Positions 28,410-39,471 of a DNA stretch of 64,000 nucleotides are shown here, one piece after another. The stretch comes from a virus. A program made the translations under genes and the position numbers. The stretch's first letter is position 1. Every line of letters starts with the position of its first letter. The stretch spans positions 96,001 to 160,000 of IMG/VR virus record IMGVR_UViG_3300042398_000969, one strand, 5' to 3'. The notes beneath the pieces are model-generated. The model made no database searches. It was not told where the DNA came from and saw nothing but the letters and a program-made list of their open reading frames with translations.

Positions 28410-30134
28410 TTAAACTACTTGACCTGTACAAGGATTTATTGTTAAGAAATTATTGTTTGGACAACCACTATAAATTGTTTCATTATTAAGTTTTAACGTA
28501 ACCCAGGTTACGTTAGTGTGACATTGTCCATTTCCAAAACCAAGATTTACATTTATTGGTGTTGCACAAACTAATGCAAAACTTATATTACCACCAGTTG
28601 ATGATGCTGCAATATCTTGTGCTTGTTGCGTTGTTAGTGTTAATGAGTTATATCTAGCATTACCACTAGTAACCCCAGGAGGATAATTAAATTGATCATT
28701 TGACCCACCAGTGTTACTTAAATAAACTGTACCTATATTAATATTATTACCTCTTAAATAAAAAGTTGCAGCATTACATGTGTGTCCACCAGGACAAGGT
28801 CCTAATGTTGGGCTATATTGAACAATAAATTCCATATTAGCCAAACAGTTTACTACTTCAGTTAATTCAGGTGTAATTGTTGTATCTAAAGCGCAATCAA
28901 TAGTTGCTGTAGGTGTTGGACTTGGAGTTGGTGTTGGACTCGTTGTTGGAGTCGGTGACGGTGATGGGCTAGGACTAGGCGTTGGCGTTGGTGTAGCCGT
29001 TATAATATTAGTATCAACACCAAAATCACAATTCTCGGTAGGAGATGGTGTTGGTGTTGGTGTCGCTGTTGCTGTTGGGCTCGGCGTTGGGCTAGGAGTT
29101 GGTGTTGGGCTTGTTGTTGGAGTTGGCGTTGCTGTTATTATATTAGTATCAATACCAAAGTCACAATTAGGTGTTGGGCTAGGTGTTGGAGTTGGTGTAC
29201 TAGTTGGTGTTGAGCTTGGTGTTGGTGTTGGACTAGGACTTGGGCTAGGTGTTGGGGTTGGTGTGGCAGTAATAATATTTGTATCAATACCGAAATCGCA
29301 ATTAGGTGTTGGACTCGGTGTTGGAGTTGGTGTACTAGTTGGTGTTGAGCTTGGTGTTGGACTCGGTGTTGGTGTAGGTGTAGCTGTAATAATATTTACA
29401 CCAACGTTAATATCACAATTAGGGGTTGGACTTGGGCTCGGAGTTGGACTAGGACTAGGTGTTGGGCTCGTTGTTGGTGTTGGTGTTGCTGTAATAACAT
29501 TAACTCCCATTCCAAAGTCACAATTAGGTGTAGGGCTTGGAGTTGGTGTAGGACTAGTTGTTGGTGTTGGCGTTGCTGTTATAATAATAACACCAACGTT
29601 AATATCACAATTAGGGGTTGGGCTTGGAGTCGGTGTTGGTGTAGCTGTAATAATATTTACACCCACACCAAATGTACAATCATTGGTCGGTGTAGGAGTT
29701 GGTGTTGGTGTGGCAGTAATAACATTTGATGTTACTTGAAAAGTACAATCAGATGTTGGCGTTGGTGTTGGGGTTGGCGTTGCTGTAACAACATTAGTAT
29801 TAACACCAAAATTACAATTTGCTGTTGGACTTGGTGTTGGTGTAGGTGTGGCAGTTGGACTTGTTGTTGGTGTTGGGGTTGGTGTTGCGGTTGGTAATGG
29901 ACAGCTACCCAAATTAAGATTTATTGATGTAACACTACTTGTCCCATTAATTGTCCATCCAGTATTTGGTGAATCACTTGTTGTTGTATTTCTAGGTTCT
30001 CCACCATATGGCCATGGATTTATTGTCCAATAGTCACTACCATTCCATCTAACATTACATGTAATGCCACTAAGACTACCTTGCCAAGAAGGTTTTCCGT
30101 TATAGTGCCCGTTATATGTAAAGGTTGTTAACAT
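28410..30134 (-). CDS. Pro/Thr-rich repeat protein (putative scaffoldin-like virion appendage)
   Basis: Trp-rich N-terminal domain, 9 full + 1 degenerate (N/D)C(D/T/N)(F/I)x(V/I/M)xxN(I/V)ITA motifs on PT linkers, Cys-rich C-terminal domain. Confidence 0.75.
   Translation of the reverse strand: MLTTFTYNGHYNGKPSWQGSLSGITCNVRWNGSDYWTINPWPYGGEPRNTTTSDSPNTGWTINGTSSVTSINLNLGSCPLPTATPTPTPTTSPTATPTPTPSPTANCNFGVNTNVVTATPTPTPTPTSDCTFQVTSNVITATPTPTPTPTNDCTFGVGVNIITATPTPTPSPTPNCDINVGVIIITATPTPTTSPTPTPSPTPNCDFGMGVNVITATPTPTTSPTPSPSPTPSPSPTPNCDINVGVNIITATPTPTPSPTPSSTPTSTPTPTPSPTPNCDFGIDTNIITATPTPTPSPSPSPTPTPSSTPTSTPTPTPSPTPNCDFGIDTNIITATPTPTTSPTPTPSPTPSPTATATPTPTPSPTENCDFGVDTNIITATPTPTPSPSPSPSPTPTTSPTPTPSPTPTATIDCALDTTITPELTEVVNCLANMEFIVQYSPTLGPCPGGHTCNAATFYLRGNNINIGTVYLSNTGGSNDQFNYPPGVTSGNARYNSLTLTTQQAQDIAASSTGGNISFALVCATPINVNLGFGNGQCHTNVTWVTLKLNNETIYSGCPNNNFLTINPCTGQVV
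28880..29819 (-). repeat. Intragenic repeat array of 13-aa Cys strand motif + PT linker
   Basis: Visible as GGTGTT-type repeats on the plus strand and in the translation. Confidence 0.9.
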
Positions 30135-30155
30135 TTTTTTATTTTATTTTTAAGT

Positions 30156-33100
30156 TTAAGGACACGCACCAAGATAACATGCAACACTTAGAGTTATTGT
30201 ATCACCACTATTAATTACCACTCCAGTTATTTGTGGGAATGGATTAGATGTGAAATATGATGTATATGATGGACTTGTTGATCCATTTTTATATATGAAA
30301 ATCACACCACAATTTCCGTTACCTGGTAAATTGGTTGTAACATTACATTGGATTGTATTTGTTGATCCATAATTAATACCACCAGGATTTGTTTTACCAC
30401 CAGCTAGTGTTGATGTTAATGGGAATGTAGATGGCCCATTTAATGTGTTCATAAATGTACCATTAATACCAACATCATTTAACGTCCCATTACCACAATC
30501 ATTGTTTCTAACCGTCCAAATTGATGTTGGTGGATTAGTTGCTGTTGGTGTTGGTGTTGGTGTTGAAAACGAAATATCAACACAGAAATCATCAGCTGCT
30601 GTTGGTGTAGGTGTTGCTGTTGGCGTTTGAGTAGGTGTTGCTGTTGGTGGCACCGGAGTCGCTGTTGGACTTGGGGTTGGTGTTGGAGTCCTAGTAGGTG
30701 TTGGTGTAGGAGTTCTAGTTGGTGTAGGTGTAGGTGTTTGTGTAGGAGTTGGTGGCGGTGTTACTATTGGATATGACCCCACACAAGTATATGCCGCAGC
30801 ACCGGTACAAACATTTGAATAATTTCTTAGTAAAGATCCTATTGATGGTACTGTTGTACAAGCAATATTATCAGTGTAATATTGTTGCATTGATGAACCA
30901 ATAACCTCAAAACCAACATATTCATGTTCTACTAAAGCTAAATAATTAGAATTACCATTAAAGGTTATTAAATTTGTTGGTTTAGTTCCTGCTACATTTA
31001 TGTTATAATACATATTAATGTTACAGTAATTTAAATCAACGGCGGTTACTTCAATTAGTTCTCCTTTCTCTGTTATAATATAATCACCAGTGTCATAATA
31101 ATCAGATGGATAATCACAACATGGCTCTATTGGTGTTTCTGGTTTTATTTGTAAAAATTCTGGTGATCTTGTATCAAAAACATAACCACTTCTTTTTGTG
31201 ACCTTGCCCGTATTTTCGTTAACATCTTTATTTGTATAGATTCTAAATTTAGTTGTTGGTAAAACATCAAAAACAACTGTTGTACCACTATTTGTAACAC
31301 CACTAATTACACTAGTTTTAACGGAACCTAGTGAATCCATATCATGTATTGTGTATGTTGTATATGTGTATGAAAAAGAATAATTGTTTGTTGATTCAGC
31401 AAAATCAAACGCACTACTTGATAGTGATGAGCATGAAAGATAATTTGCGGATACAACTACATTTCCATTAGAAAGATCTTTAACAGATCTCTTTACTAAA
31501 GTACCTGCAGTAATATAATTTTGTATATCAGCCGATGTTGTTGAACTATTAATTGTTGCGCCGCTTACTACTAAAACTTTGGTATCATGTTTTAAACCAT
31601 AATTGTATGAATTTCTATATTGAACCCTTGGATGTATAGTAAAACCAGTATTAACAACAATTGGTTGATCCGGTACTTCTGTTGGAAATTCAACATATTG
31701 TAAATTCAAACCATCAATTCTCACTTTTTTATCACAGTTAGCCGCATCAGTAAATAATAAATCTATAACCTCATCTTCATACACGTTTGATATTTTAAAT
31801 TGACATGTATTCCCGCTAACTTGTGCAAAGGTTGTATCGGTGTATACTGGGTTATATCCAGAAAATGCATTTATAACCGGTATTGAGTTTCTTTGTACAT
31901 AAATTCCCCAACCATATGTTTCACCAGATTGGACAGTAGCACCAGTAATATTAACAATAATATCAGATTTTAATTTACATGCGGTAGATCCAGTATAAAC
32001 TGGGTGTAAAACACCATCTGGACAAACTGTTGTGAATTCTAAATCTAAACTACATTTTGGTAATGAATAGTTATAATCAGCATCAAAATAAAAATCTAAA
32101 TATCTTTTTTCTGAACAGTCTGAATTGCTATGTGCAATAAATTTAACCTTTTCAATACCATCATTATCAGTAAAAAATTCATAAGATATTAATTGTGTAT
32201 AACCAGAACAGTTAACGCCACAACCGTATGTTACACCACTATATGGTGATACACTTGGTAAGTGACCAGCAACCGGATCGTTATATGTTGAATTAATTTT
32301 ATTAACTAAGTTAATAACAGCTGTTCTCCAAAGCGTTTTTGTTGTTGAAGTATTTAATTTAATCCAATTTTTATAATCACAAATTAAAGGTATGCTTGTC
32401 GATGAACTACTTAAAACACTGCAACTATTTGTTGCGGTATAACCAGTATCAAATAATGTACTCCCAGTTATTTTAACTTGTGATGTTGTTCCACTATATT
32501 CAACACCGTCAACATCCATCTTTAATGTGAATGTTACACCAGTAAGATACATTAAACCCCTAAGATGATCTGGTTCACCAACAATGGTTTCCACATCTTC
32601 TTCAATAAAGGTTTCAAAGTCTGGATAAAGATTTTCAACTATCTCAATTGGTTTACATGGTTTTCTGTATGCATATTTAGGTCTTGCAAATATATTATTT
32701 TCAATTAAGTTACCACCCATCCATAATGTTGTTGATGGAATAACTTGTTCTAACACATTTGACCAATATGGGCTCATTTGATTTACGAAATCAGTTGAGT
32801 CAATCATATCATATGGTGTATATCCTGAAGATATTAATTGATTAATATAATCTTGATAAACATCTTCTAGATGAATATAATTTTTTTTGTATTTTACTAC
32901 ATTTGAATTTATAACTTGTTTAGAAAACGTCATCTCAAGGTACTCAGCAAAACTGGTTTGATCTTGAACCTCTAAACTATTTTTTCCGAAAACAACTTCT
33001 AGCTCTCTAGATTTTCTCCAAATATCATAGTTACTTGCATTAGCTGGGCTAACAAAGACGCTAATATTTTTTCTATTTAATATTAAACCGGTACCAGTTA

Positions 33101-35009
33101 GATCATCAACAACTTGACTTTTGACATTATCAATTTTACTTTCTAATGTATAGCCATAATCTAATCCTGGGAATGTTCTGTATATGTCAAAAAACTCTTC
33201 ACCATATGAATATGGTTTTGATTTTGTTAATATTGTTTTTGTTCTACCTGTTAAAATAAACTCACCATCAACAAATGTACCACTAGAATTATCTGTATCA
33301 ATCATATCTGAAGATCTATGATCTAAAGTAACATCGTGCCAACCAGATCCCATTTGGAAAAATATATTATCCTGATTTGTTGTTGGTGTTTTAGGTAAAT
33401 AAGTGTCAGTATCAATTGGGTAGTCAGTAGTATTACTGAACGTTGTTAATCCTGTTACAGCAGATAAACTATATGTGTAAGTTGATGGATTAAATGTTAC
33501 TTTATTATTGAATGAAACATTATTAATGACCTTAAATAAATCATCCTCAACTGATGTTTTTGGAATGGCGGTTTTTACACTATAAACATATTCGTTTATT
33601 TTAACCATTGGATCTGGAGCACCAATAAATTTTAAGTAAAATTCAATACAGCTTCTAGTTCCTTTTGATTTATATATAAATGCTAGGTTAACTAATAATC
33701 TTCTATAAAATTCCAACTCAGCATCAACTAAATTTTTACCAATGGATGAACCATTATAAACCGATTTAGATGCTTTATATAATTCTTCTTCTAATGATTT
33801 TTGATCAAATAATTTAATGGTATTTAAACCTAAAGTATTTGCTAAGTTTTTAAGAAAAACATCAGGTATATTATTAATAGCATCATAAGAAACATTTCTC
33901 ATGTGTGCTATGTTATCAATATATGATTTTACCTTATCAAAACTTTGACCATATAGTTGAAATATTTTATCAATTTTTTGATCTTCAGTATCAAACTCAA
34001 ATAATTGTGGTGCAACTAAAAACCTTGTAACTAAGTTTGATTTATAATTGTCAATTTCTGTTGCTAAATCATTTAATTTAGTTAAATAGTCATCAAAATT
34101 TAAACCTGTTGTTTGTGGATTCCAACCATCTTTAGAAACAGGCCATTCAGCTGTTACATAAATTAAATCTGTTCTTGTTTCATCTAAGCTTGTTCTTGGA
34201 ACCTTAAATGATGATTGAAATATTGGATATGTATCTCTGTTTAATAGGGTTTGTTCCAATTCATCTAAACCTAGATAAAATTCTTCAACAACAGAGTCGT
34301 TTGGTCTAATAATATAACTTGTAGAATATGTTACCCCAGTAAACGGTTTGCCATAAACTTCTAATGAAATTGTACTATCTGTGTTTGGTTGAGTATATTT
34401 TGAAATATTGTACGTTTTGTTATCAATAACGATTGAATATTTGCTATATGATGAATATAAATTTCTAATTTTATTTTCAACTGGTAATAAATTATTTCCA
34501 GTCAATTCAGATAAAACTATATCAAATGGATTAAAGAACTTACTTGCTTTGGTTGTAAATGTTGTTTTATCACTTGTAGCACTGTAAACAATATTCTCGG
34601 CTGTATAATTTGTTGTTGAGGATAAACCTTCAGAATCAACATAAATGGCAGCAGGGTAGTTTTTAACAATTCTACCAATAGAAACTCTAATACGTTCTCT
34701 AAGAGATCCAAATAAAGATTTAGAACCCTCTGTTTTATCAGAGTTAAATCTTATTGGTCTTTTTTCACCAGTAGATTGCTTAACTGTTGTTGGAACATCA
34801 TTTTCTATTTTAAGATCTTCTAATGTTAGAAAATCAGAAAATGGTGCTGTTTTGAAGCTTTTTGCGTCTTGCTCAGGTATAACTCTATCAAGAGCAAAAT
34901 TGGTATTAGTTAATTGACTAGTACCGTCAGTAATTTGTCTTCCAACAATACTGTCGCTAAAAGTTTCATATCCACTAGCAGCCTGACTTGGTACTTTTCT
35001 TGTTGCCAT
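30156..35009 (-). CDS. Large baseplate wedge protein (P2 gpI/T4 gp7-like core) with C-terminal PT-linked module
   Basis: IPDVFLKNLANTLG..FYRRLLVNLAFIYKSKGTRSCIEFYL resembles the Tail_P2_I core; PT linker near the C-terminus. Confidence 0.65.
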   Translation of the reverse strand: MATRKVPSQAASGYETFSDSIVGRQITDGTSQLTNTNFALDRVIPEQDAKSFKTAPFSDFLTLEDLKIENDVPTTVKQSTGEKRPIRFNSDKTEGSKSLFGSLRERIRVSIGRIVKNYPAAIYVDSEGLSSTTNYTAENIVYSATSDKTTFTTKASKFFNPFDIVLSELTGNNLLPVENKIRNLYSSYSKYSIVIDNKTYNISKYTQPNTDSTISLEVYGKPFTGVTYSTSYIIRPNDSVVEEFYLGLDELEQTLLNRDTYPIFQSSFKVPRTSLDETRTDLIYVTAEWPVSKDGWNPQTTGLNFDDYLTKLNDLATEIDNYKSNLVTRFLVAPQLFEFDTEDQKIDKIFQLYGQSFDKVKSYIDNIAHMRNVSYDAINNIPDVFLKNLANTLGLNTIKLFDQKSLEEELYKASKSVYNGSSIGKNLVDAELEFYRRLLVNLAFIYKSKGTRSCIEFYLKFIGAPDPMVKINEYVYSVKTAIPKTSVEDDLFKVINNVSFNNKVTFNPSTYTYSLSAVTGLTTFSNTTDYPIDTDTYLPKTPTTNQDNIFFQMGSGWHDVTLDHRSSDMIDTDNSSGTFVDGEFILTGRTKTILTKSKPYSYGEEFFDIYRTFPGLDYGYTLESKIDNVKSQVVDDLTGTGLILNRKNISVFVSPANASNYDIWRKSRELEVVFGKNSLEVQDQTSFAEYLEMTFSKQVINSNVVKYKKNYIHLEDVYQDYINQLISSGYTPYDMIDSTDFVNQMSPYWSNVLEQVIPSTTLWMGGNLIENNIFARPKYAYRKPCKPIEIVENLYPDFETFIEEDVETIVGEPDHLRGLMYLTGVTFTLKMDVDGVEYSGTTSQVKITGSTLFDTGYTATNSCSVLSSSSTSIPLICDYKNWIKLNTSTTKTLWRTAVINLVNKINSTYNDPVAGHLPSVSPYSGVTYGCGVNCSGYTQLISYEFFTDNDGIEKVKFIAHSNSDCSEKRYLDFYFDADYNYSLPKCSLDLEFTTVCPDGVLHPVYTGSTACKLKSDIIVNITGATVQSGETYGWGIYVQRNSIPVINAFSGYNPVYTDTTFAQVSGNTCQFKISNVYEDEVIDLLFTDAANCDKKVRIDGLNLQYVEFPTEVPDQPIVVNTGFTIHPRVQYRNSYNYGLKHDTKVLVVSGATINSSTTSADIQNYITAGTLVKRSVKDLSNGNVVVSANYLSCSSLSSSAFDFAESTNNYSFSYTYTTYTIHDMDSLGSVKTSVISGVTNSGTTVVFDVLPTTKFRIYTNKDVNENTGKVTKRSGYVFDTRSPEFLQIKPETPIEPCCDYPSDYYDTGDYIITEKGELIEVTAVDLNYCNINMYYNINVAGTKPTNLITFNGNSNYLALVEHEYVGFEVIGSSMQQYYTDNIACTTVPSIGSLLRNYSNVCTGAAAYTCVGSYPIVTPPPTPTQTPTPTPTRTPTPTPTRTPTPTPSPTATPVPPTATPTQTPTATPTPTAADDFCVDISFSTPTPTPTATNPPTSIWTVRNNDCGNGTLNDVGINGTFMNTLNGPSTFPLTSTLAGGKTNPGGINYGSTNTIQCNVTTNLPGNGNCGVIFIYKNGSTSPSYTSYFTSNPFPQITGVVINSGDTITLSVACYLGACP

Positions 35010-35923
35010 TATTCGGTAATATCGTCAAAGTTTAATGTTTGGTCTATATCAGTTTTTTCCTCACGAATCTCATATAATGTTTCGTTAAGATCATCTTTAA
35101 CCTCATAAAGATTGAACTGTTTATAAATCGCGTTATTGTTGTTCTTGTCATAAATTGTGTAAATACCAGAATTTAACGCCTTACTTTGATTACCATAAAG
35201 TGCATGTGCAAGTGTTGATGCATCATGTTCAACCATTTCAACCTCAACTGTAGTTGGGTTAAAGTAACTATTGGTTAAAATAATGTTTTGAGATGGTTGG
35301 CCAATAAATGGTACTACATTGGGTCTATTGCTAGGTGCAGAAGACGGTGTAACTGTTAAGAATACCAAATTGGTTGGTGCATCTGAATATCTATATCGAA
35401 TTGCTTTTTGTGTTGTATTTGTTAAGTTTGTTGTTACTGGTTCACAATAAAAAGAAGATGTTACTATTCTGTAAAAATTAGGTACTTTTTTATTGTTTAA
35501 GGAATCAATATATTCAACCCTATAACCCACCAAACCTTGTGGAACAAATTTATTTGTATCTTCTGTTGAAACATTTCCCAAATCAATAACTAATCCTCTA
35601 ACTGAAGGTAATGAAGCTAAAACACCACAATCTGTGATTTCAGTTCTAACCTGTTTTGGTCTAAGATGTAATGTGTAGATACCTAAATCACTAAAAACAT
35701 CACTATTTAGTCTAAGATTGTATAATCCACCTAAAATTTCAGTACCTGAAGTACCGCCAGTTTCTGAGTTATGAAAAACAGGTGTCAAAATATCAGCAGA
35801 ATCCAACTTTGTTAGTGTTGGTTCTGTTGTTGACGCTCTATTAGCCACATAGTGAAGTAGAATTTCTACATCTTCTGGGGACACATCTGCTGGTCTTATT
35901 GTTCCGTAACTTCCTACTGCCAT
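35009..35923 (-). CDS. Putative baseplate structural protein
   Basis: 304-aa beta-rich ORF in the structural operon; TATTTATA upstream. Confidence 0.6.
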   Translation of the reverse strand: MAVGSYGTIRPADVSPEDVEILLHYVANRASTTEPTLTKLDSADILTPVFHNSETGGTSGTEILGGLYNLRLNSDVFSDLGIYTLHLRPKQVRTEITDCGVLASLPSVRGLVIDLGNVSTEDTNKFVPQGLVGYRVEYIDSLNNKKVPNFYRIVTSSFYCEPVTTNLTNTTQKAIRYRYSDAPTNLVFLTVTPSSAPSNRPNVVPFIGQPSQNIILTNSYFNPTTVEVEMVEHDASTLAHALYGNQSKALNSGIYTIYDKNNNNAIYKQFNLYEVKDDLNETLYEIREEKTDIDQTLNFDDITE

Positions 35924-35947
35924 GTTCTTTTAATTATAAATATAATT

Positions 35948-36889
35948 TTATTGTTTTTTCACCAAGAAAAATCCATTTCCGTAGATATCTAATTCACCTA
36001 TATTATCAATTTCACCTAATCTTAGGTTAAATTCTGCTACACCCAATTTTCCTCTTTCAACAAAAATATCAGAATACACCAACGGTTCAGAAACAAAACC
36101 AAGATAATGTTCATTTCTGGTTAATTTTTTAGTGAATTGACTTTCAGATGCAAAAGTTGCTGTGTTGCCAGTAATATAGGTAGTTCCATCTGATAAATCA
36201 AGGTAAGTTAGTCCATCAATTTCGTATTTATCACAATTGTATGATGTTCCCTCAATTGTGATTGTTGTTCCAGTAACACCACTATATGTGCTACCACCAT
36301 ATAATTTTTTTTCAATTTTTCTACTTTTACCTAAAGCTAAAAATGTTGTTGTTCCAGTAAAAGAATTTCCAGAATAATCATAATTGTTATTATAATTCTG
36401 AGTTCTACCAGATTGTAGATAGGTTTCACCACTAACATTAAAATATGGTAATGTTGTACCTGTATATGTGAAAGTCGCTAAATTAGTGGGATTGTTGGTG
36501 GTTAACGGTAATTTAATTTGTTTTGTCACCGTTTCTGTTTTCCATGATGCTACCATGGTGATAGAAACATTTTTAAAACCTGGTGTTGAATATGTTTTTG
36601 TTTTTCCACTCAATATACTAATAGCTTCTGCTGGTGATCCATCACCCCAATTAATTGTGAATGTGGCGTCAATAATTCTTTTTAATTTTATATTACTAGC
36701 TGAGTTATATACTGTAAGGGTGTTTCCAGTATTGGCGGAATAAACAAAATTGCATAATTGTTCTGCTTGTTCAATATCACCATCAAAACCAACCATAACA
36801 CCCAACTCATCAGCTTTTGCTTCTAAAAATAATGGTAGGTTATATGTTAAACCGGTTTTTCTTAATATTTCGTATTTTAACTTTTTCAT
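35948..36889 (-). CDS. Structural protein with PKD-like domain
   Basis: TINWGDGS..KTYSTPGFKNVSIT. Confidence 0.6.
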   Translation of the reverse strand: MKKLKYEILRKTGLTYNLPLFLEAKADELGVMVGFDGDIEQAEQLCNFVYSANTGNTLTVYNSASNIKLKRIIDATFTINWGDGSPAEAISILSGKTKTYSTPGFKNVSITMVASWKTETVTKQIKLPLTTNNPTNLATFTYTGTTLPYFNVSGETYLQSGRTQNYNNNYDYSGNSFTGTTTFLALGKSRKIEKKLYGGSTYSGVTGTTITIEGTSYNCDKYEIDGLTYLDLSDGTTYITGNTATFASESQFTKKLTRNEHYLGFVSEPLVYSDIFVERGKLGVAEFNLRLGEIDNIGELDIYGNGFFLVKKQ

Positions 36890-36890
36890 T

Positions 36891-37718
36891 TTATAGTTTT
36901 ATTGCACTTCCTCCTCCGAAATCACAATTACCTCCAAGCCCTCTTATTATTGTATATGTATGTTCAGGTCTTTTAAATAAAACCCTGTAGTAAACATTTT
37001 CCTCTGGATTTGTATTAACGTTGGGATTCATTTCATAAAACATAACTGGATTTGACGTTGTACCAACTCTTGTTCCATCAACTAATCCAGAATTATTTAC
37101 TGTTAAATCTCTATTTAAAAATCTAAGAATTGATCCATCTTCAGCATTGAAAAATCTAGCTGTCATATAAAATGTGGTACCCGTATAAACTGTATTATCT
37201 GGAAACCAGAACAAATACATATTTTCCGTATTTCTATAATTGTTTCCGTTGAATACTGGAATAAAAATATCATCCCTCAAATTCATATCAAAAACTTTCT
37301 GACCTAACGGAATTGATAAATTTTTTGCAAAAACTAATTTTTGTGTTTCTCTATATGGTGTTGTATAAAATTCTAACCTAAAAAAACTATTAACAGTATG
37401 TTTTAATAGTTTAACGTTTTCTTTTGGACTAATCCCTATTAAATTATAATCCAAGCCATTTGAATACGTGTTACCACTATTAAGAAAGTTAAAATAAAAC
37501 CAGATATCACATTGTAGTGTTTGAACACTAGATATTGTAACATTATATGGCTCATGAATATATCTTGTTGTCTCGTAGTTTTCAATAGGGTTTATAATAC
37601 TTTTTAAAATATTATCTTGCTGTTCTAAAAAATTCTCCTCCCAACCAGCATTTGTTCTAAATTCTGTTTCTGGATTGAATACCAAAGATTGATCAATATT
37701 TTTATATAATATTTTCAT
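36891..37718 (-). CDS. Putative structural protein
   Basis: 275 aa; C-terminal GGNCDFGGGSAIKL. Confidence 0.6.
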   Translation of the reverse strand: MKILYKNIDQSLVFNPETEFRTNAGWEENFLEQQDNILKSIINPIENYETTRYIHEPYNVTISSVQTLQCDIWFYFNFLNSGNTYSNGLDYNLIGISPKENVKLLKHTVNSFFRLEFYTTPYRETQKLVFAKNLSIPLGQKVFDMNLRDDIFIPVFNGNNYRNTENMYLFWFPDNTVYTGTTFYMTARFFNAEDGSILRFLNRDLTVNNSGLVDGTRVGTTSNPVMFYEMNPNVNTNPEENVYYRVLFKRPEHTYTIIRGLGGNCDFGGGSAIKL

Positions 37719-37719
37719 T

Positions 37720-39471
37720 TTAACAATTTATATTACCAAACCCTTTAAATCCATTAGATTTATTATTGTATTCTCTTTCATTTAAAAAATAAAAATTTAT
37801 ATCCGTTTTTACATAATGCTGACCATTAATAAATGGGTAATCTGTTCCGTTACCATTTTCGTCAATATATCCATGGTCAAAAACATCTCTCCATTTCCAT
37901 AGCCCCTGATCTGGAAAATACTTAGCATTATCCGGTAGATCAAGAATATTATTTGTATTAGATGTTTCCACATAATCAGATAATTGTCTCAACTTAACCC
38001 TATAATGTGGTTGATATAATAATCCCATTTTATTGTTTGCTGTTGCACCACTAAATTCAACAACAGTTTGATCTTGATCATGATCAAAAATTGTTAAAGG
38101 GTTAACTATCTTATGTAATGATTCTGAAATTATTCTTTCTTTTAAATCTACATCATTGTATTCAACAAATGCGCCAGTTGATATTGTACCGACAGATAAT
38201 GGTAATCCAGCAGTAAATCCTGTAATACCGGTATTACCAGTGATGCCTGTTGATGGGAATGTTGTTTCTAATGATGTTGATCCGCTGAAATGATTGTCAA
38301 TCCAATCATTATGTAAGTTAAATTTATATCCAACCTTGGGCGGGTACTCAAAATAACCAGAACCATTTCTGAAAACAACACTAATGTAAACTTCACTAGG
38401 TGTATAACCTAAATTATTTGTTAAACCAGTTAATACAAATGGTTCTCTAAAATCATATATTAATGATTCACCCCTATTTCTTTCAACCAAAACATCGTTA
38501 ACCCCGGCACTATTCTCAAATAATAATTTTTTTTCATCTTCAAATATTGAGGACTCAAAACCAGCTTTATCTAAAATATAATCTTTTTCTTTTGTTAATA
38601 TTTTGTGTTTGTGTACATAATATGATGAAGTAGTTCCACTTACATTTTTATCATCAACACATCTTTTTATCGTTATAATTCCAGGTAGTGTTGTTGACCC
38701 ACTAAATTGTTGTTTATTTAAATTGATAACATAATTTTGAGAATCATACTTATCATCACCTAAACTTGAAATAGAATATGTTTTACCACTAATAAGAACA
38801 AATTCATTATCATTAATTCCGTGCTTAACTGGAGACGTTAATTTATAGTAACCCGTTTTACTTTCTACTCTACATGGAATACCATCACCACTAACAAAAG
38901 TTTTAATATTTGTTCCCTCAACTTTGGTTGTACCACTCAATGTATATTTCATTGGGAAGTTTGAATCACTAGAATAAACATAACTTAAATATAAATTCCA
39001 ATTATGATATGGCGCATTCATGTTTGATATATTCTGATGCCTATTTCTAGGATTTGTTGGTAAAGAAAATGTTGGTGTATATGTACCATAAGTTGCACCA
39101 CTAACAGACGGAACACTTATATCTTGTCTATATGTATCTTTTCTGATAAACGCAAATTCGTCATATGGTAAATAACCGGTATTATCACCAGAAGAACCAT
39201 CACCACTTAAATAAAGATATTCAGCTAAGTTTGCATAGCTAGTATTACCGCTATACATATTTCTGAAAACCATTCTTATTTTACCATATATCTTATAGTT
39301 TTTTATTTCGTTTCTTTCGTCACTAAATTGTTGTTCTAAATCTAATATAATAGATCTATCACCTTCTCTTAAAAGTTCCTCATTAGTTTCTAGTGCAACC
39401 CTTGTTGTTAAATCAACAGAAGGTGCTTTGTAATATTCTAGCCCTGGTAATATGATTGTTTTCTTTTCCAT
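37720..39471 (-). CDS. Putative baseplate/tail structural protein
   Basis: 583-aa S/G/T-rich beta protein in the structural operon. Confidence 0.6.
   Translation of the reverse strand: MEKKTIILPGLEYYKAPSVDLTTRVALETNEELLREGDRSIILDLEQQFSDERNEIKNYKIYGKIRMVFRNMYSGNTSYANLAEYLYLSGDGSSGDNTGYLPYDEFAFIRKDTYRQDISVPSVSGATYGTYTPTFSLPTNPRNRHQNISNMNAPYHNWNLYLSYVYSSDSNFPMKYTLSGTTKVEGTNIKTFVSGDGIPCRVESKTGYYKLTSPVKHGINDNEFVLISGKTYSISSLGDDKYDSQNYVINLNKQQFSGSTTLPGIITIKRCVDDKNVSGTTSSYYVHKHKILTKEKDYILDKAGFESSIFEDEKKLLFENSAGVNDVLVERNRGESLIYDFREPFVLTGLTNNLGYTPSEVYISVVFRNGSGYFEYPPKVGYKFNLHNDWIDNHFSGSTSLETTFPSTGITGNTGITGFTAGLPLSVGTISTGAFVEYNDVDLKERIISESLHKIVNPLTIFDHDQDQTVVEFSGATANNKMGLLYQPHYRVKLRQLSDYVETSNTNNILDLPDNAKYFPDQGLWKWRDVFDHGYIDENGNGTDYPFINGQHYVKTDINFYFLNEREYNNKSNGFKGFGNINC

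Noticed and set aside
28880-29900. Repeat-spacer-like array resembling CRISPR
   Set aside because: The repeats are in-frame coding units with synonymous variation and low-complexity spacers; no cas operon.
4853-30630. Plus-strand Gly/Val-rich ORFs (4853, 20568, 27680, 29263, 29848, 30445)
   Set aside because: They are antisense shadows of Pro/Thr codon repeats on the minus strand.
19883-35009. Diversity-generating retroelement targets in adhesin C-termini
   Set aside because: No reverse transcriptase or adenine-specific TR/VR pair was seen in this window.
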